This document shows positions 1 through 9,306 of a stretch of 64,000 nucleotides of DNA, in pieces. Source of the stretch: Candidatus Hydrogenedens sp. GTDB lineage: Bacteria > Hydrogenedentota > Hydrogenedentia > Hydrogenedentales > Hydrogenedentaceae. A program made the translations under genes and the position numbers. Each line of letters begins with the position of its first letter. Within the stretch, counting starts at the first letter, position 1. The stretch lies in assembly GCA_049968235.1 (NCBI GenBank), contig JBMFRC010000007.1:96001-160000 (forward strand). Direction: 5' to 3'. The notes below the pieces were generated by a model. The model worked only from the letters and a program-made list of their open reading frames with translations. It was not told the origin of the DNA and made no database searches.

Positions 1-261
1 ACTACAATGGCATTGGGTTCAAATGTCTCAGGAAGATAGGGGTTGTGTTGTGGATTTTCTGGAAGATGAACTTCTGCTCGTCTGAGACGAGACGAATCCT
101 TTGAGAACGCTTCATCATAGCGATTTTCCCAGTTTTTTATACGAGTTTCCGACCTTTTGCTTTTTTCTAATTTTTTCTTTTTCACAATCCTGTAAATTCA
201 AATAAGGTTATTTTATATAAATTGAAAAGATTATACATGTTCTATGAATTGTTTTAAAGTT

Positions 262-774
262 TTATTTCACTTTTGATTTATTTGTCTTCCGTGTAGTTAT
301 CCTCTGCTTTGGGGAAGTATAAAGATAGGCACATACAGATTTCATTTTACAGTTAACAAAAGGCAGAAGGTCTTCGTCCGGTAGTGGTTTTTGAATTATT
401 TTGTCTAATGTCCATTTTCTAAGTGTAGCAGTAAGTGCCAAACGGACTTCATACATGGCTTTATGAAAAGCACATACATGTTCCATATCATCTATGTCTT
501 TGCAGTAATCCCCTAAAATTTTCCCTTCACATGCTTCTACAATTTCAAGGAGTGTAATTTGCTCCGGAGGAAGATTTAAAGAAAAACCTCCAGAAGGTCC
601 TCTGTGCGCATTAAGAATTCGTGATTTGGTAAGAAGTGTCATAATTTTGGAAAGGTAAGAAGTAGAAATATGAATGTGTTTTGTAAGTTCAAGATGTGAA
701 ATAGTTTTTTTTTCTTTATGAAGAGCTATAAATGTTAGTGCCTGTATAGCAGTGATTGTTGTATTGCTGAACAT
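262..774 (-). CDS. Rrf2-family transcriptional regulator (NsrR/IscR-like) with three C-terminal Cys. The ORF extends to 825, but M18 at 774 has an AGGA RBS and a typical Rrf2 N-terminus.
   Basis: Winged-helix segment '...TISHLELTKHIHISTSYLSKIMTLLTKSRILNAHRGPSGGFSL' is typical of Rrf2. A Cys triad follows (C..x8..C..x9..C). It lies immediately downstream of hcp on the same strand. Confidence 0.75.
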   Translation of the reverse strand: MFSNTTITAIQALTFIALHKEKKTISHLELTKHIHISTSYLSKIMTLLTKSRILNAHRGPSGGFSLNLPPEQITLLEIVEACEGKILGDYCKDIDDMEHVCAFHKAMYEVRLALTATLRKWTLDKIIQKPLPDEDLLPFVNCKMKSVCAYLYTSPKQRITTRKTNKSKVK

Positions 775-846
775 AAAAAGAATCCTACTATCTTGTAATG
801 TACTTGGGGAACAGATATAGGACAATCTGTTCCCCTTTATTTGTAA

Positions 847-2157
847 TTATGACACAACTTGTAGAATTTGTTTCACTTCTTCAGAGGCATTTGTGCCGAT
901 AGGTTTTAAGTCATATTTCTCCTGTAAAATTTTTAGCACATTAGGAGTAATAAACGCTGGTAAAGCAGGACCTAACCGGATGCCTTTTACACCTAACGAT
1001 AATAAAGTTAATAACACAGCAACGGCTTTTTGTTCAAACCAACTGACAACAAGGGTTAAGGGTAAATCGTTCACTCCACAATTAAAGACCTTTGCCAGAG
1101 CAAGGGCGGTCTGAATAGCACCGTAAGAATCATTACATTGCCCCATATCTAATAAACGAGGAATTCCCTCCACATCCCCGTATTCATAATTACGGATACG
1201 GTATTTACCGCAACCTAATGTGAGAATAAGCGACTCTTTAGGGGTATTCTGTGCAAAATCAGCAAAGTAGTTACGACCGGGTTCAGCACCATCACAACCA
1301 CCAATAAGGAATATATGCTTAATTTTTCCTGCCTTGATTAACTCTATAAGTTTATCCGCAATGGAAAGGATATAGGTCCAATGAAAGCCAATAGTACTTT
1401 CTTTTATTTCGGTAGGTTGTAATGGACCTATTTCAAGTGCTTTTTTAATAACAGGTGAGAAATCACCATCGTTAAGACGAGGTGCACCCGGTACACCTGT
1501 GCAATGAAGTGTAAATAAACGATCAAGATAAGTATTATGACTTGCCGGGATAAGAACGCAGTTTGTAGTAACAACTATAGGACCACCAAATCTTTCAAAT
1601 TCCTTCCGCTGAAGTTGCCATGCACCGCCATAATGACCAGCAAAATGCGAATATTCCCGTAATTTCGGATACATATGAGCAGGTAACATTTCTCCATGCG
1701 TATAGACTTTAATCCCTGTGCCCTTTGTTTGTTCCAGTAATTGTTTCAAATCTAAAAGGTCATGTCCGGTAATGAGAATGCCGGGACCTTCTTGAATTCC
1801 TTCCTTGACCCTTACTGGGGATGGATTCCCGAAAGTTTCTACATGTGCAATGTTTAGTAACTCCATCGTTTTTAAGTTCATCTTGCCACATTCAAGAACT
1901 AATTCCAGAAGGTGCGTCATGTCAAAGTTCACATTGGTCATGGTCGCAAATAAGGCACGCTCAATAAATTCTTCAATTTCCGGGTCCGTTTTCCCTAAAC
2001 GGCGGGCATGATGTTTGTATGCAGACATTCCTTTCAATCCATAGAGTAGTGTCTTCTGTAAAGACTCCATATCTGCATCTTTACCACAGACACCTTTCTG
2101 TGTACAACCGGTACCATTAAAGGTTTGTTCACATTGGTCGCAAAACATATTTGCCAT
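847..2157 (-). CDS. hcp: hybrid cluster protein / hydroxylamine reductase (short, class-III-like, 436 aa)
   Basis: N-terminal 'MFCDQCEQT...GxCGKD' Cys cluster and overall Hcp/prismane-like sequence. TAA stop. Confidence 0.85.
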   Translation of the reverse strand: MANMFCDQCEQTFNGTGCTQKGVCGKDADMESLQKTLLYGLKGMSAYKHHARRLGKTDPEIEEFIERALFATMTNVNFDMTHLLELVLECGKMNLKTMELLNIAHVETFGNPSPVRVKEGIQEGPGILITGHDLLDLKQLLEQTKGTGIKVYTHGEMLPAHMYPKLREYSHFAGHYGGAWQLQRKEFERFGGPIVVTTNCVLIPASHNTYLDRLFTLHCTGVPGAPRLNDGDFSPVIKKALEIGPLQPTEIKESTIGFHWTYILSIADKLIELIKAGKIKHIFLIGGCDGAEPGRNYFADFAQNTPKESLILTLGCGKYRIRNYEYGDVEGIPRLLDMGQCNDSYGAIQTALALAKVFNCGVNDLPLTLVVSWFEQKAVAVLLTLLSLGVKGIRLGPALPAFITPNVLKILQEKYDLKPIGTNASEEVKQILQVVS

Positions 2158-2196
2158 AAATTTTTCTCCTACATTTAAGGTTAATATTTTGGAAAA

Positions 2197-2240
2197 TATA
2201 TATTATAGATATATTATATCTAATATATATATATATATGT
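2197..2240. promoter_or_regulatory. AT-only near-palindrome plus (AT)8 tract 40-80 nt upstream of the hcp start; candidate operator/promoter element
   Basis: TATTATAGATAT / ATATCTAATATA imperfect inverted repeat followed by atatatatatatatat. Located in the hcp 5' region. Confidence 0.3.
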
Positions 2241-2837
2241 CAAATCAAATAGTTTGTCGATTGTGATTAGATACAAATGGTAGTAAACAAATATAAAGAG
2301 TAATGAAAGACCCTATCTGAAATTTTTCTTCCTGTAAGAATACATCTGCTACATCTCAGACATATTGTTATTGGAGTAACTAATTTTCGCCCATTCATCA
2401 TAGCAGTAGCGGACTTGTTTCCTTGTAGATATTTTTCAAACAAACACTACTTTCTTGAATAATTGTTTTCCGGAAAATACAGAATTTCTCTTGCAAGGAT
2501 ATATAACATGCAGATTTGTTTGTGTCTAACTCAATAGATATTCTATGTGTTTTATTCAAAATATCTTAATATACTGTCCTTTCATGTTTTTCCAAAAAAT
2601 TCTTTAGAAATGAATTGCTTTCTCATTTGTATCGTCTTTTAAAGCAGTTAATACAAATCACTCGAGAAAGGATACGACAATGAAAATGAAACACATGACA
2701 ACAATCACTAAGGGACAAAATCATCCCAAAACGGCATCTTCCGCGGAAGCACTATTTTTCTATTTATATTTCACTGTAATTTCTGTTATGTTATCTGCTG
2801 CATTTGCCGAAAAAGGTAACTAATATCTATAACGGTT

Positions 2838-3821
2838 CTATTTACCTTTAACTGCCTCTATAACTGTATCCATTTGTTCCCCATGAATCTTAAAATGAAC
2901 ATTTTTGAACCCTGCCTGATTTAAATCCTCTTTAATCTCCTCAAAGGTATATGTGCCTCCTCCTTGCGTCCCTACTAACATATTAATTGCAAATAATGCC
3001 CCAGTCTTCGGATGTGTCCTATCTTCGGACATTACATAATCTCGTATCCACAAAACACCTCCTGTTTCCAGAGCAGACATGCATTTCTTATATAGATTTA
3101 CATTTTGTTTCCGGCTGTTCTGATGTATTATTGCCGATAACCACAAAAAATCATATCCACACGGTAATTCATCCTTATAAAAATCTCCGGCATAAAAATC
3201 TATCCTGTCTTTATAGGGAGAATTTTTCAATCGTTCTCTGGCTATATCTATAACTGGGGGTAAGTCAAATATTGTTGCCTGTAATTGAGGATTCATCTCG
3301 ATAAAGGCTTCAGAATAAGTTCCTGACGCTCCTCCTACATCTAACATTTTTTTATAAGGGATAGTCCCTAATTTTTTTAACAACGGTCTGGATGCTCTCT
3401 GGGCAAGCACATGCATACCTAAAATAAACGCCTTCAACTGGTCTGAACTCATCTGTTCAACAGGTTTTATTGTAATTGTTTTTCCTCTTACTATATCTGT
3501 AAGTTGAGACCAGCGATGCCATAAATTTGCATAATGTTCTAACATAGGCAACATACATTCGGGACCTTTTTTACTTAAAAAAGGAACTACTTCTATAGAA
3601 GTTTTATATTTTCCCTCTTTCTTTTCCAGCAATTTCATAGCAGACATCGCATCCAGTAAATACTGTGTTGCCCTTTCTTCGGAATGTAATTCTTTACATA
3701 TTTCCTGCAAATCCATCTCTTTCTCTGACAGCAATGTAAAAATATTCAGTTCAACACCTGTAAGTAAAACCCGTGCTTCACGAAACTTAATAGCAATTTC
3801 TACCAATTTAGGGAAGTCCAT
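2838..3821 (-). CDS. class I SAM-dependent O-methyltransferase (family 2, with N-terminal dimerisation domain)
   Basis: 'LDVGGASGTYS' SAM motif I, 'DFYAGDFY' and 'FLWLSAIIHQNS' are typical of the COMT-like OMT family. TAG stop. Confidence 0.75.
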   Translation of the reverse strand: MDFPKLVEIAIKFREARVLLTGVELNIFTLLSEKEMDLQEICKELHSEERATQYLLDAMSAMKLLEKKEGKYKTSIEVVPFLSKKGPECMLPMLEHYANLWHRWSQLTDIVRGKTITIKPVEQMSSDQLKAFILGMHVLAQRASRPLLKKLGTIPYKKMLDVGGASGTYSEAFIEMNPQLQATIFDLPPVIDIARERLKNSPYKDRIDFYAGDFYKDELPCGYDFLWLSAIIHQNSRKQNVNLYKKCMSALETGGVLWIRDYVMSEDRTHPKTGALFAINMLVGTQGGGTYTFEEIKEDLNQAGFKNVHFKIHGEQMDTVIEAVKGK

Positions 3822-3838
3822 ATATTTACCTTTCTCAT

Positions 3839-4672
3839 TTATCTATTAAAAAAGGAACATAACAGAAAGTTTACCATATCTGCCTTCTGATAGTTTACTG
3901 CATGTGTCCCACCTTTTATGGCATGTAAAGTAAGCCATGGAATCCATTCTGTTATTTGCTTACTTAAATAAAACGGCACAACATTATCTTCCTCTCCCCA
4001 TATCAGATACCCTTCTCGTTTCTGTCTTCCTAATTGAATATACACCTCTTCCATATCGCATATAGGACCATACTTTAATGTTGACAATATGGCTTCTCTA
4101 TATCCCGGGATTTTCATCTGTTCTTCATAAATCTTTTGCATATAAATTTTATCTTCAATAGAGTCTCCAATCGTTTCCTGAACACCCTTAATTAAAGCCT
4201 TTTTACCAAAAACTTCATAAAGGATTTCTCCAATTCCAGATATACCCATTAACTTCATTCCCCATGTGCGTTTTAATAAACCTGCAGGTGCAATTAATAC
4301 AACTCTATCTACCATTTCAGGATAACGCACTGTGAAATAACTTACAATAGCACCTCCCATACTTAACCCTACAAGGTTTACAGGTAAAGGAAGTGATAAA
4401 CTATTTATTAGTTCATATAACTGAGTAATAAACAAATCTGAATCATAACGAACCAGAGGACGAGCAGAATAACCTCTACCATAAAGGTCATATCGAATAA
4501 CACAACAATAATTAGACAACTCATAGACATTTTTATCCCAGATACACATTGGTGAAGACAGACCATGTACAAATACTACAACAGTTCGTGAAACATCCCC
4601 CAACTTTTCAAAACACGTTTTCCCTTTGCTAAGTTCTATATATTGATATTCTTTATCCCTCATAAAATTCAT
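3839..4672 (-). CDS. alpha/beta-fold hydrolase
   Basis: 'VVFVHGLSS' oxyanion region and 'LVGLSMGG' nucleophile elbow (GxSxG). Confidence 0.7.
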   Translation of the reverse strand: MNFMRDKEYQYIELSKGKTCFEKLGDVSRTVVVFVHGLSSPMCIWDKNVYELSNYCCVIRYDLYGRGYSARPLVRYDSDLFITQLYELINSLSLPLPVNLVGLSMGGAIVSYFTVRYPEMVDRVVLIAPAGLLKRTWGMKLMGISGIGEILYEVFGKKALIKGVQETIGDSIEDKIYMQKIYEEQMKIPGYREAILSTLKYGPICDMEEVYIQLGRQKREGYLIWGEEDNVVPFYLSKQITEWIPWLTLHAIKGGTHAVNYQKADMVNFLLCSFFNR

Positions 4673-4682
4673 CTATCATATC

Positions 4683-5273
4683 CTATAAAAAAGACTTTAG
4701 TGGATGAAAAACATTATCTTCTGTAATAATCCAATCAACGGGAACATCCCAGTTCCTGCGAGGACATAACATTACTATCTGGAAACTATAACAAAAACCC
4801 ACAGAAACGCATTGTCTATTATTACCTAAAAATCGGTCATAAAATCCTTTCCCATATCCAATCCGATAACCACGACGGTCAAAAACAATCCCCGGGACAA
4901 TGCACACTGTATTCTCTTTTATATTATCCGTAGATGGTTCCCAATCATCCGGAGGTTCTAATATACCCCGAGAACTAATCTCTAATTTTTTTATTTTCTC
5001 TTCATTAATTAGATACCATGCCAGATTATGACCTTTTACACGGGGTATCCACACCTTTTTCCCTCTTTCAAGCAGTGAACAAATAACAGATTTTGTTTCC
5101 ACTTCTCCCCGTTCATCAGACATATATACAAAAAAATTTTCTTTTGAATCCCACCAATCTAATGAAAAAAACAACTTTTTTATTCTTTCACTTTTCTCTT
5201 TTACTTCGTCAGGTAAAAGTAACCTCCTACAAAATAATACCTTCTTCCGTAACTCTTCTTTAGATATATTCAT
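4683..5273 (-). CDS. 5-formyltetrahydrofolate cyclo-ligase (MTHFS)
   Basis: 'VPGIVFDRRGYRIGYGKGFYDRFL' C-terminal MTHFS signature and 'WIPRV' motif. Confidence 0.8.
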   Translation of the reverse strand: MNISKEELRKKVLFCRRLLLPDEVKEKSERIKKLFFSLDWWDSKENFFVYMSDERGEVETKSVICSLLERGKKVWIPRVKGHNLAWYLINEEKIKKLEISSRGILEPPDDWEPSTDNIKENTVCIVPGIVFDRRGYRIGYGKGFYDRFLGNNRQCVSVGFCYSFQIVMLCPRRNWDVPVDWIITEDNVFHPLKSFL

Positions 5274-5301
5274 TTCTTTCTATCTAATACTTGCTGATAA
5301 A

Positions 5302-5712
5302 TTAATAAAAAACCACATGGAAGAGAGCATCATTCGATGCTTTTATCTTGAACTGAACAGGAACTTCTTTATCTTGCGGTGCCAAAATTTGACCGATTAA
5401 AGAAGAAATCACATAAAACCGTATTTCTATTTGTTCTGGATAACTTTCTGCTATCGATACGGTTTTTCCGAGATAAAAACATAACTGATTTGGAAATACA
5501 AATTTCCCTGAAAAGTTCCATTCTTCCATATCAACACTCTCTTTTGTAATTGTCCCTGTAAAGCCCAGAGGACCCTCAACTCTATAACCAAATTCTGTGG
5601 ACAATAATGTCAATTCTCCTTCTCCAAAAGGCTTACAGATACATCCCGAAAATCCAATAATTAAAAATAAAGCAATAATAATCGGCATTGTTTTTTTCAT
5701 CAGATTCTTCAT
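5302..5712 (-). CDS. small lipoprotein (lipobox IIGFSGC)
   Basis: N-terminal signal peptide ending in an L-x-G-x-x-G-C lipobox. Confidence 0.55.
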   Translation of the reverse strand: MKNLMKKTMPIIIALFLIIGFSGCICKPFGEGELTLLSTEFGYRVEGPLGFTGTITKESVDMEEWNFSGKFVFPNQLCFYLGKTVSIAESYPEQIEIRFYVISSLIGQILAPQDKEVPVQFKIKASNDALFHVVFY

Positions 5713-5858
5713 TATCTTTTTCTCCTCAAATAAAATTATAAATTACTTTTGAATATTACAAATTCTAATGAAACCCAGATGTCTTTCAATCTGTCTCTAT
5801 ATATGGTAATAAACATACTACGCGCGTGGCAAAAAACAAAACCAGAAAGGATATGCGT

Positions 5859-6842
5859 ATGTTAAAAAAGAAAGGATTTACTTTAATTGAGTTGTTGGTT
5901 GTAATTGCTATTATTGGTATACTTGCAGCCATCTTGCTACCTGCCCTTGCCCGTGCACGCGAAGCGGCTCGCCGTTCCAGTTGTCAAAACAATCTGAAAC
6001 AATGGGGACTTGTCCTTAAAATGTATTCCAACGAAGCAAGAGGAGAACGATTTCCTCCTGTTCAATTTGGTGCCTATCCACAAATTAACGGAAATATCGA
6101 AGTTCGTGCCGACCTTTGTCCCAGTACCTTCTTAATCTATCCTGAATATCTCAACGACCCTATGATAGCCTTTTGTCCATCGGACTCCGACTATCGTCAA
6201 ACAATTACTCGTGCCAAATATCCTGACCGTGATGATTGGTGTATAAATGTATATGCCAGTGATACAGTATCCTGTGCCTCTGCTATGGATTCAAGTTATA
6301 TTTACTTAGGATTGGTCATGGACCGTATAGGCGATGAATGGCCTATGGTAGATATTACCCCTATGGTAAATGTTTTGAATTCACTTGGAGCAGGTCCTGT
6401 ATCCGGTTCAGGGAATGCCCCCGCACAGTTAGTTTACGGATTAATGGCATTGGCAAAACCGGAACTCATTACTGCTGTTAATACAAAAGATAATGCAGGT
6501 ATTATGCGCGTCGTTGATGCAGACATAACAAGTTCTATACTTGATGGCTATGGTAATGGAGGAACCAATACCGTTTACCGGTTGCGTGAAGGGATTGAAA
6601 GATTTCTCATCACAGATATTAATAATCCCGCATCCAGTTCAAAAGCACAGAGTAGTCTACCTATCATGTTCGATAAAGTATCAACTGATGCTTCAAACTT
6701 TAACCATATTCCAGGAGGGTCGAATGTCCTTTATCTTGATGGACATGTCGAATTTCTCCGTTACCAACCGACGGGCGGAACTGCTCCTGTAACACAAGCA
6801 GTAGCAGTTGTCATCGGAGTTCTTGTTTCCGCATTGACATAA
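5859..6842 (+). CDS. prepilin-type N-terminal cleavage/methylation domain protein with C-terminal H-X9-DG motif (DUF1559 family)
   Basis: '[48 protein letters not shown]' and later '[17 protein letters not shown]'. An AAAGGA RBS lies 7 nt before the ATG at 5859; the ORF is open from GTG 5826. Confidence 0.8.
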   Translation: MLKKKGFTLIELLVVIAIIGILAAILLPALARAREAARRSSCQNNLKQWGLVLKMYSNEARGERFPPVQFGAYPQINGNIEVRADLCPSTFLIYPEYLNDPMIAFCPSDSDYRQTITRAKYPDRDDWCINVYASDTVSCASAMDSSYIYLGLVMDRIGDEWPMVDITPMVNVLNSLGAGPVSGSGNAPAQLVYGLMALAKPELITAVNTKDNAGIMRVVDADITSSILDGYGNGGTNTVYRLREGIERFLITDINNPASSSKAQSSLPIMFDKVSTDASNFNHIPGGSNVLYLDGHVEFLRYQPTGGTAPVTQAVAVVIGVLVSALT

Positions 6843-6876
6843 AATACTACATCTCTCAATTGATGTATTTTGCATA

Positions 6877-6918
6877 AATAGGCAGAAAACTTAATATAGT
6901 GTTTCTGCCTATTTTTAT
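6877..6918 (+). terminator. rho-independent terminator after the DUF1559 gene
   Basis: Stem AATAGGCAGAAAC / GTTTCTGCCTATT followed by a T-rich run. Confidence 0.55.
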
Positions 6919-7007
6919 TTATGTAAAAGAAACCTTTTTCTCTTTTTTAAGTATAATAAAAGAAAAAATTTTTTAAATAATTTTCACTAACAATTCAGGA
7001 TTTTACT

Positions 7008-8003
7008 ATGAACCCAAAACCGATTATTGCTATAACAATGGGAGATATTAATGGTATTGGTCCCGAAATAATTGGCAAAGTTTTAATAAATAAAGAAATC
7101 TTAAAAATCTGTACCCCCATAATACTCGGAAACATACAGGCATATCAGTACTATTGCAGTAAATTAAAAAACTATTTGGAACCCATCAAAATTGATACCC
7201 CCGAAGAAGCCCTGCATCTGAAAAACAAAGTCGGCATCATTGAACTGGAATATCAAAATTTAAAAATAAGACCAGGAATCATTGACCCAAAAAATAGCAT
7301 CTCTGCAACCGCATGGATTCACCAGGCAGTTAAATGGTGTATTGAAAAAAGATGTGATGCCATTGTAACCTGTCCCATAACGAAAGAAGGGTTAGCCCGA
7401 GCAAAAATCCCCTATGATGGACATACTACTATGTTAGCAGACTGGACAAAAACAAAAAATTATCGGATGTCTCTATTCGCAGGAAATATGCGAGTTGTTC
7501 ATCATACCGCTCACAAATCACTACTAAATGCTATTCAGAGTCTTAACAAAAAAGACTTGATAAAAACTATTGAAATTGGATACAACGCATTAAAAACAAT
7601 TTGCACGCACACATTTCATATAGGTGTTGCGGGACTGAACCCCCATGCAGGGGAACAGGGACTTTTCGGAAATGAAGAATTAGATATTATTTCACCAGCC
7701 ATCAATACATGCAAGAAGAAAGGAATTCCCTGTTCAGGACCTTATCCCCCGGATACCATTTTCCGAAGAATGTTCCGGGGGGAATTTGATATGATTATTG
7801 CTATGTATCACGACCAGGGACACATCCCTATGAAACTCATAGCCATGGACAAAGGCGTCAATGTTACATTAGGATTACCCATCATAAGAACATCCGTTGA
7901 CCATGGGACTGCATTTGATATTGCAGGTAAAGGGATTGCTTGCGAACAAAGTCTATATCACGCCATAAAACTCGCTATCCAATTCACAAAAAAGAAAGAT
8001 TGA
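7008..8003 (+). CDS. pdxA: 4-hydroxythreonine-4-phosphate dehydrogenase
   Basis: 'IAITMGDINGIGPEI', 'GHTTMLADWT' and 'VDHGTAFDIAGKGIA' PdxA motifs. Confidence 0.85.
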   Translation: MNPKPIIAITMGDINGIGPEIIGKVLINKEILKICTPIILGNIQAYQYYCSKLKNYLEPIKIDTPEEALHLKNKVGIIELEYQNLKIRPGIIDPKNSISATAWIHQAVKWCIEKRCDAIVTCPITKEGLARAKIPYDGHTTMLADWTKTKNYRMSLFAGNMRVVHHTAHKSLLNAIQSLNKKDLIKTIEIGYNALKTICTHTFHIGVAGLNPHAGEQGLFGNEELDIISPAINTCKKKGIPCSGPYPPDTIFRRMFRGEFDMIIAMYHDQGHIPMKLIAMDKGVNVTLGLPIIRTSVDHGTAFDIAGKGIACEQSLYHAIKLAIQFTKKKD

Positions 8004-8008
8004 TTTAC

Positions 8009-9283
8009 ATGATACCTTACTTCAACAAATCATTATACATGCTCTTTCCTCTATTGTTTTTATTAACTACTTTTGCATATTCCCAGACCTTTTCTCTTTA
8101 TCCTCAATTCTTACAAGTAGGTCCTAATCCTTATTCAATTGCTATTGCCGACATTAATGGAGACGAAATAGTGGACATTGTTACTGCAGACCGTGGTGAA
8201 ATGCGAAATCCTCGTGAAGAAAAACCTGCAAACGATGAATTATCTATCCTGCTATCTCAAGGAATTTTAAATTACATAAAATTACATCCTTCTTTAAAAA
8301 CCGATTTTGCTCCCTACGCCATCGCTATCGCCAATATGGACTCTCTCAAATGGCCGGATATTGTTGTTGCAAATTTCCTCGCTAAAAAAAATCAAGATAT
8401 CCAGATATTCCATAACTTAAAGGAAGAAAACATTTTTACGGTTACCTCTATAAAAATCCCGGACGATAGTTTAAAATATGCACGATTTCTTGATGGAGAC
8501 GAGCAACCTCTTTTTACAACTCCAGGTTTAACATCTCTGGTAATTACCGATATAAATAAGGACGGATTAAATGATGTAATCACAACAGGTTGGAGTAGCG
8601 ATATCGTAGCAGTCTTGCTCGGAGATTCAAAAGAATCCTTAATCCTGCATCAAATTCTCCCTACTCCGGGAGGACCTCGGTCAATTGCAACAAATGACTT
8701 TGATAATGACAAATTAACCGATATTGTTGTAACAATGTATAATTCTGGCGAACTTTTATTCTTGAAAGGGAATGAAGAATACAATTTTTATGAACACTCA
8801 CGAATCCTCACACGAGGTGCTCAACCCAATCGTATATTCCTTGCTGATTTCAATGCTGATGGGAAAACAGACATTGTAATTACTCACAGAAAAGTTAACC
8901 AACCCCTCGAAATCTTATACGGTGACACCGTTCCTTTCTCTTTCCGTTTATCGGATACTTTCTATTTTAATACTTCAGACCCTGAGGTAAACACGGAAAT
9001 GATGGACATTACTGTATCTGACTTCAACAATGACCGACTTCCTGATATTGCAATTGCTGACAGAAAAGGACAACAACTTATTGTTATGATAAACAAAGGT
9101 GCAAACCCCAAAAAAGACACCACCCAACCTACCTCATTTACACCAGAAAAATATCCAATAAAATCAGGAAAACCAGTAGCCATTAACTCTGCGGACCTAA
9201 ATCAAGATGGTTTTGTAGATATAATTATCAGCACACAGGATACCAATGAAGTCTTATTTTTCTTGAACAATAAGAAAAAATAA
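8009..9283 (+). CDS. secreted FG-GAP repeat (integrin-alpha-like beta-propeller) protein
   Basis: At least six repeats of D-x-N-x-D-G-x-x-D (IADINGDEIVDIV, ITDINKDGLNDVI, TNDFDNDKLTDIV, LADFNADGKTDIV, VSDFNNDRLPDIA, SADLNQDGFVDII) plus a signal peptide. The start was moved to the ATG just after the pdxA stop; the track ORF begins at 7940 inside pdxA. Confidence 0.7.
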   Translation: MIPYFNKSLYMLFPLLFLLTTFAYSQTFSLYPQFLQVGPNPYSIAIADINGDEIVDIVTADRGEMRNPREEKPANDELSILLSQGILNYIKLHPSLKTDFAPYAIAIANMDSLKWPDIVVANFLAKKNQDIQIFHNLKEENIFTVTSIKIPDDSLKYARFLDGDEQPLFTTPGLTSLVITDINKDGLNDVITTGWSSDIVAVLLGDSKESLILHQILPTPGGPRSIATNDFDNDKLTDIVVTMYNSGELLFLKGNEEYNFYEHSRILTRGAQPNRIFLADFNADGKTDIVITHRKVNQPLEILYGDTVPFSFRLSDTFYFNTSDPEVNTEMMDITVSDFNNDRLPDIAIADRKGQQLIVMINKGANPKKDTTQPTSFTPEKYPIKSGKPVAINSADLNQDGFVDIIISTQDTNEVLFFLNNKKK

Positions 9284-9306
9284 TTTTTGCTTTAATGCAT
9301 TAAATT

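Noticed and set aside
893-2011. Plus-strand ORFs 893..1114 and 1805..2011
   Set aside because: They are antisense within the well-supported hcp gene. Spurious.
6541-6875. ORFs 6541..6792 (+) and 6693..6875 (-)
   Set aside because: They lie inside or overlap the DUF1559 gene in alternative frames, with no support.
9284-9306. TTTAATGCATTAAA palindrome between the convergent FG-GAP and TgpA-like genes
   Set aside because: It is AT-only and short. It could be a weak bidirectional terminator but is indistinguishable from background AT-richness.
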